Shown: positions 63,160-64,000 of the stretch, in pieces | Layout: every line of letters starts with the position of its first letter | Position numbering within the stretch: position 1 is the stretch's first letter | DNA from: Botryllus schlosseri | Taxonomy: Eukaryota | DNA length: 64,000 nucleotides | Direction of reading: 5' to 3' | NCBI GenBank assembly: GCA_051294905.1 | Contig: CM119378.1 | Span: 124,001-188,000 of the forward strand | Notes under the pieces: generated by a model | What the model saw: only the letters and a program-made list of their open reading frames with translations | What the model was told of the DNA's origin: nothing | The model's database searches: none | Translations under genes and position numbers: made by a program

Positions 63160-64000
63160 ACGTATAGGTAGGCTAAGTATCAGATCAGCGCGCATCTCTA
63201 CCATACTCGACCTCGAAAACGAAATAGCTGCCTCAATCATTGAGTGTCAACTTTAAGACTTGGCACCGCGTTCGATACTAAAATCAAGACATACCGTGTG
63301 AAAGCTCATGACAGATCTAGGTATGGAACATCGTTAAAATCAATAGAGACCAATAACGGCTTTTGCGTAAATTTGTTGGCGATAAATGAAGAGTCAGCTC
63401 TTACTCGACTTTGGAAACGAAATTACCACCCACATAGCTCAGTGACAAACTTAAAACTTGTTACAGCGGTCGATACTAACACTTACCGTGCCAAATGTCA
63501 TGACCGATCTCGGTATAGAACATCGTCAAAATCAATGGAGACCAATACCGGCTTTTGAGTAAAATCTGTTTGCTGTACTATGTACATGATAGATCAGCAC
63601 ACACTGAACTTCGGAAACGGAATTACTACCATTATCTTTAAGTAGCAAGCCTGAAACTTGGAGCAGTGTTAAATACTACCTTCACGACATATCATACCAA
63701 GTTTCAAGAATTATCATGGTGCGAAACACCGTCAAAATCGACCTATACCAGCAAAGGTCGACTCAACGCATATTACGGTAACCGAGTTCAGATATATAGA
63801 TACGATTGTTACATCACACCTTAGGGGCGAGTAGGCATATTTGCCCCGGTTGCTCGGCCATTTTACGAATAGGAGAGAGTAAATCACCGTTTCTTTATTG
63901 TGCGCGGCTTTGAGAGAATAGATAGTGAAAGCTTGTTATGAGCGCTACCGGGGCAAGCCCCGGCTAGGCATTCACAAAGCGAAAACACAGAAGAGAATTC

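Overview
Repeat-rich, intron-containing animal genomic DNA. It looks like an invertebrate deuterostome, possibly an ascidian, but that is only an impression. Two spliced genes lie on the minus strand: a complete 5-exon D-type cyclin (39400->28424, 314 aa) and the first 10 coding exons (430 codons) of a kindlin/fermitin gene (21228->5530), which continues off the left edge. Most of the rest is transposable-element derived: a young 4242-bp Ty3/Gypsy LTR element (apparently identical 244-bp LTRs, 5-bp TSD), a 3.2-kb fold-back hAT element built from two inverted 5' halves of a transposase gene inside kindlin intron 2, a 5'-truncated CR1/L2-type LINE, two tRNA-derived SINEs, many hAT-type MITEs with 8-bp TSDs (often nested), and tandem repeats. 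Best leads: (1) the fold-back element has the architecture of a host-transcribed transposon-silencing hairpin (Mu-killer-like); (2) the Gypsy element has no tRNA primer site but a 15-nt site perfectly complementary to its own LTR (self-priming), plus a YLDN RT motif; (3) recurrent TA-GGC-TA insertions that look like excision footprints. All calls were made by eye, with no database searches; family names come from remembered motifs.
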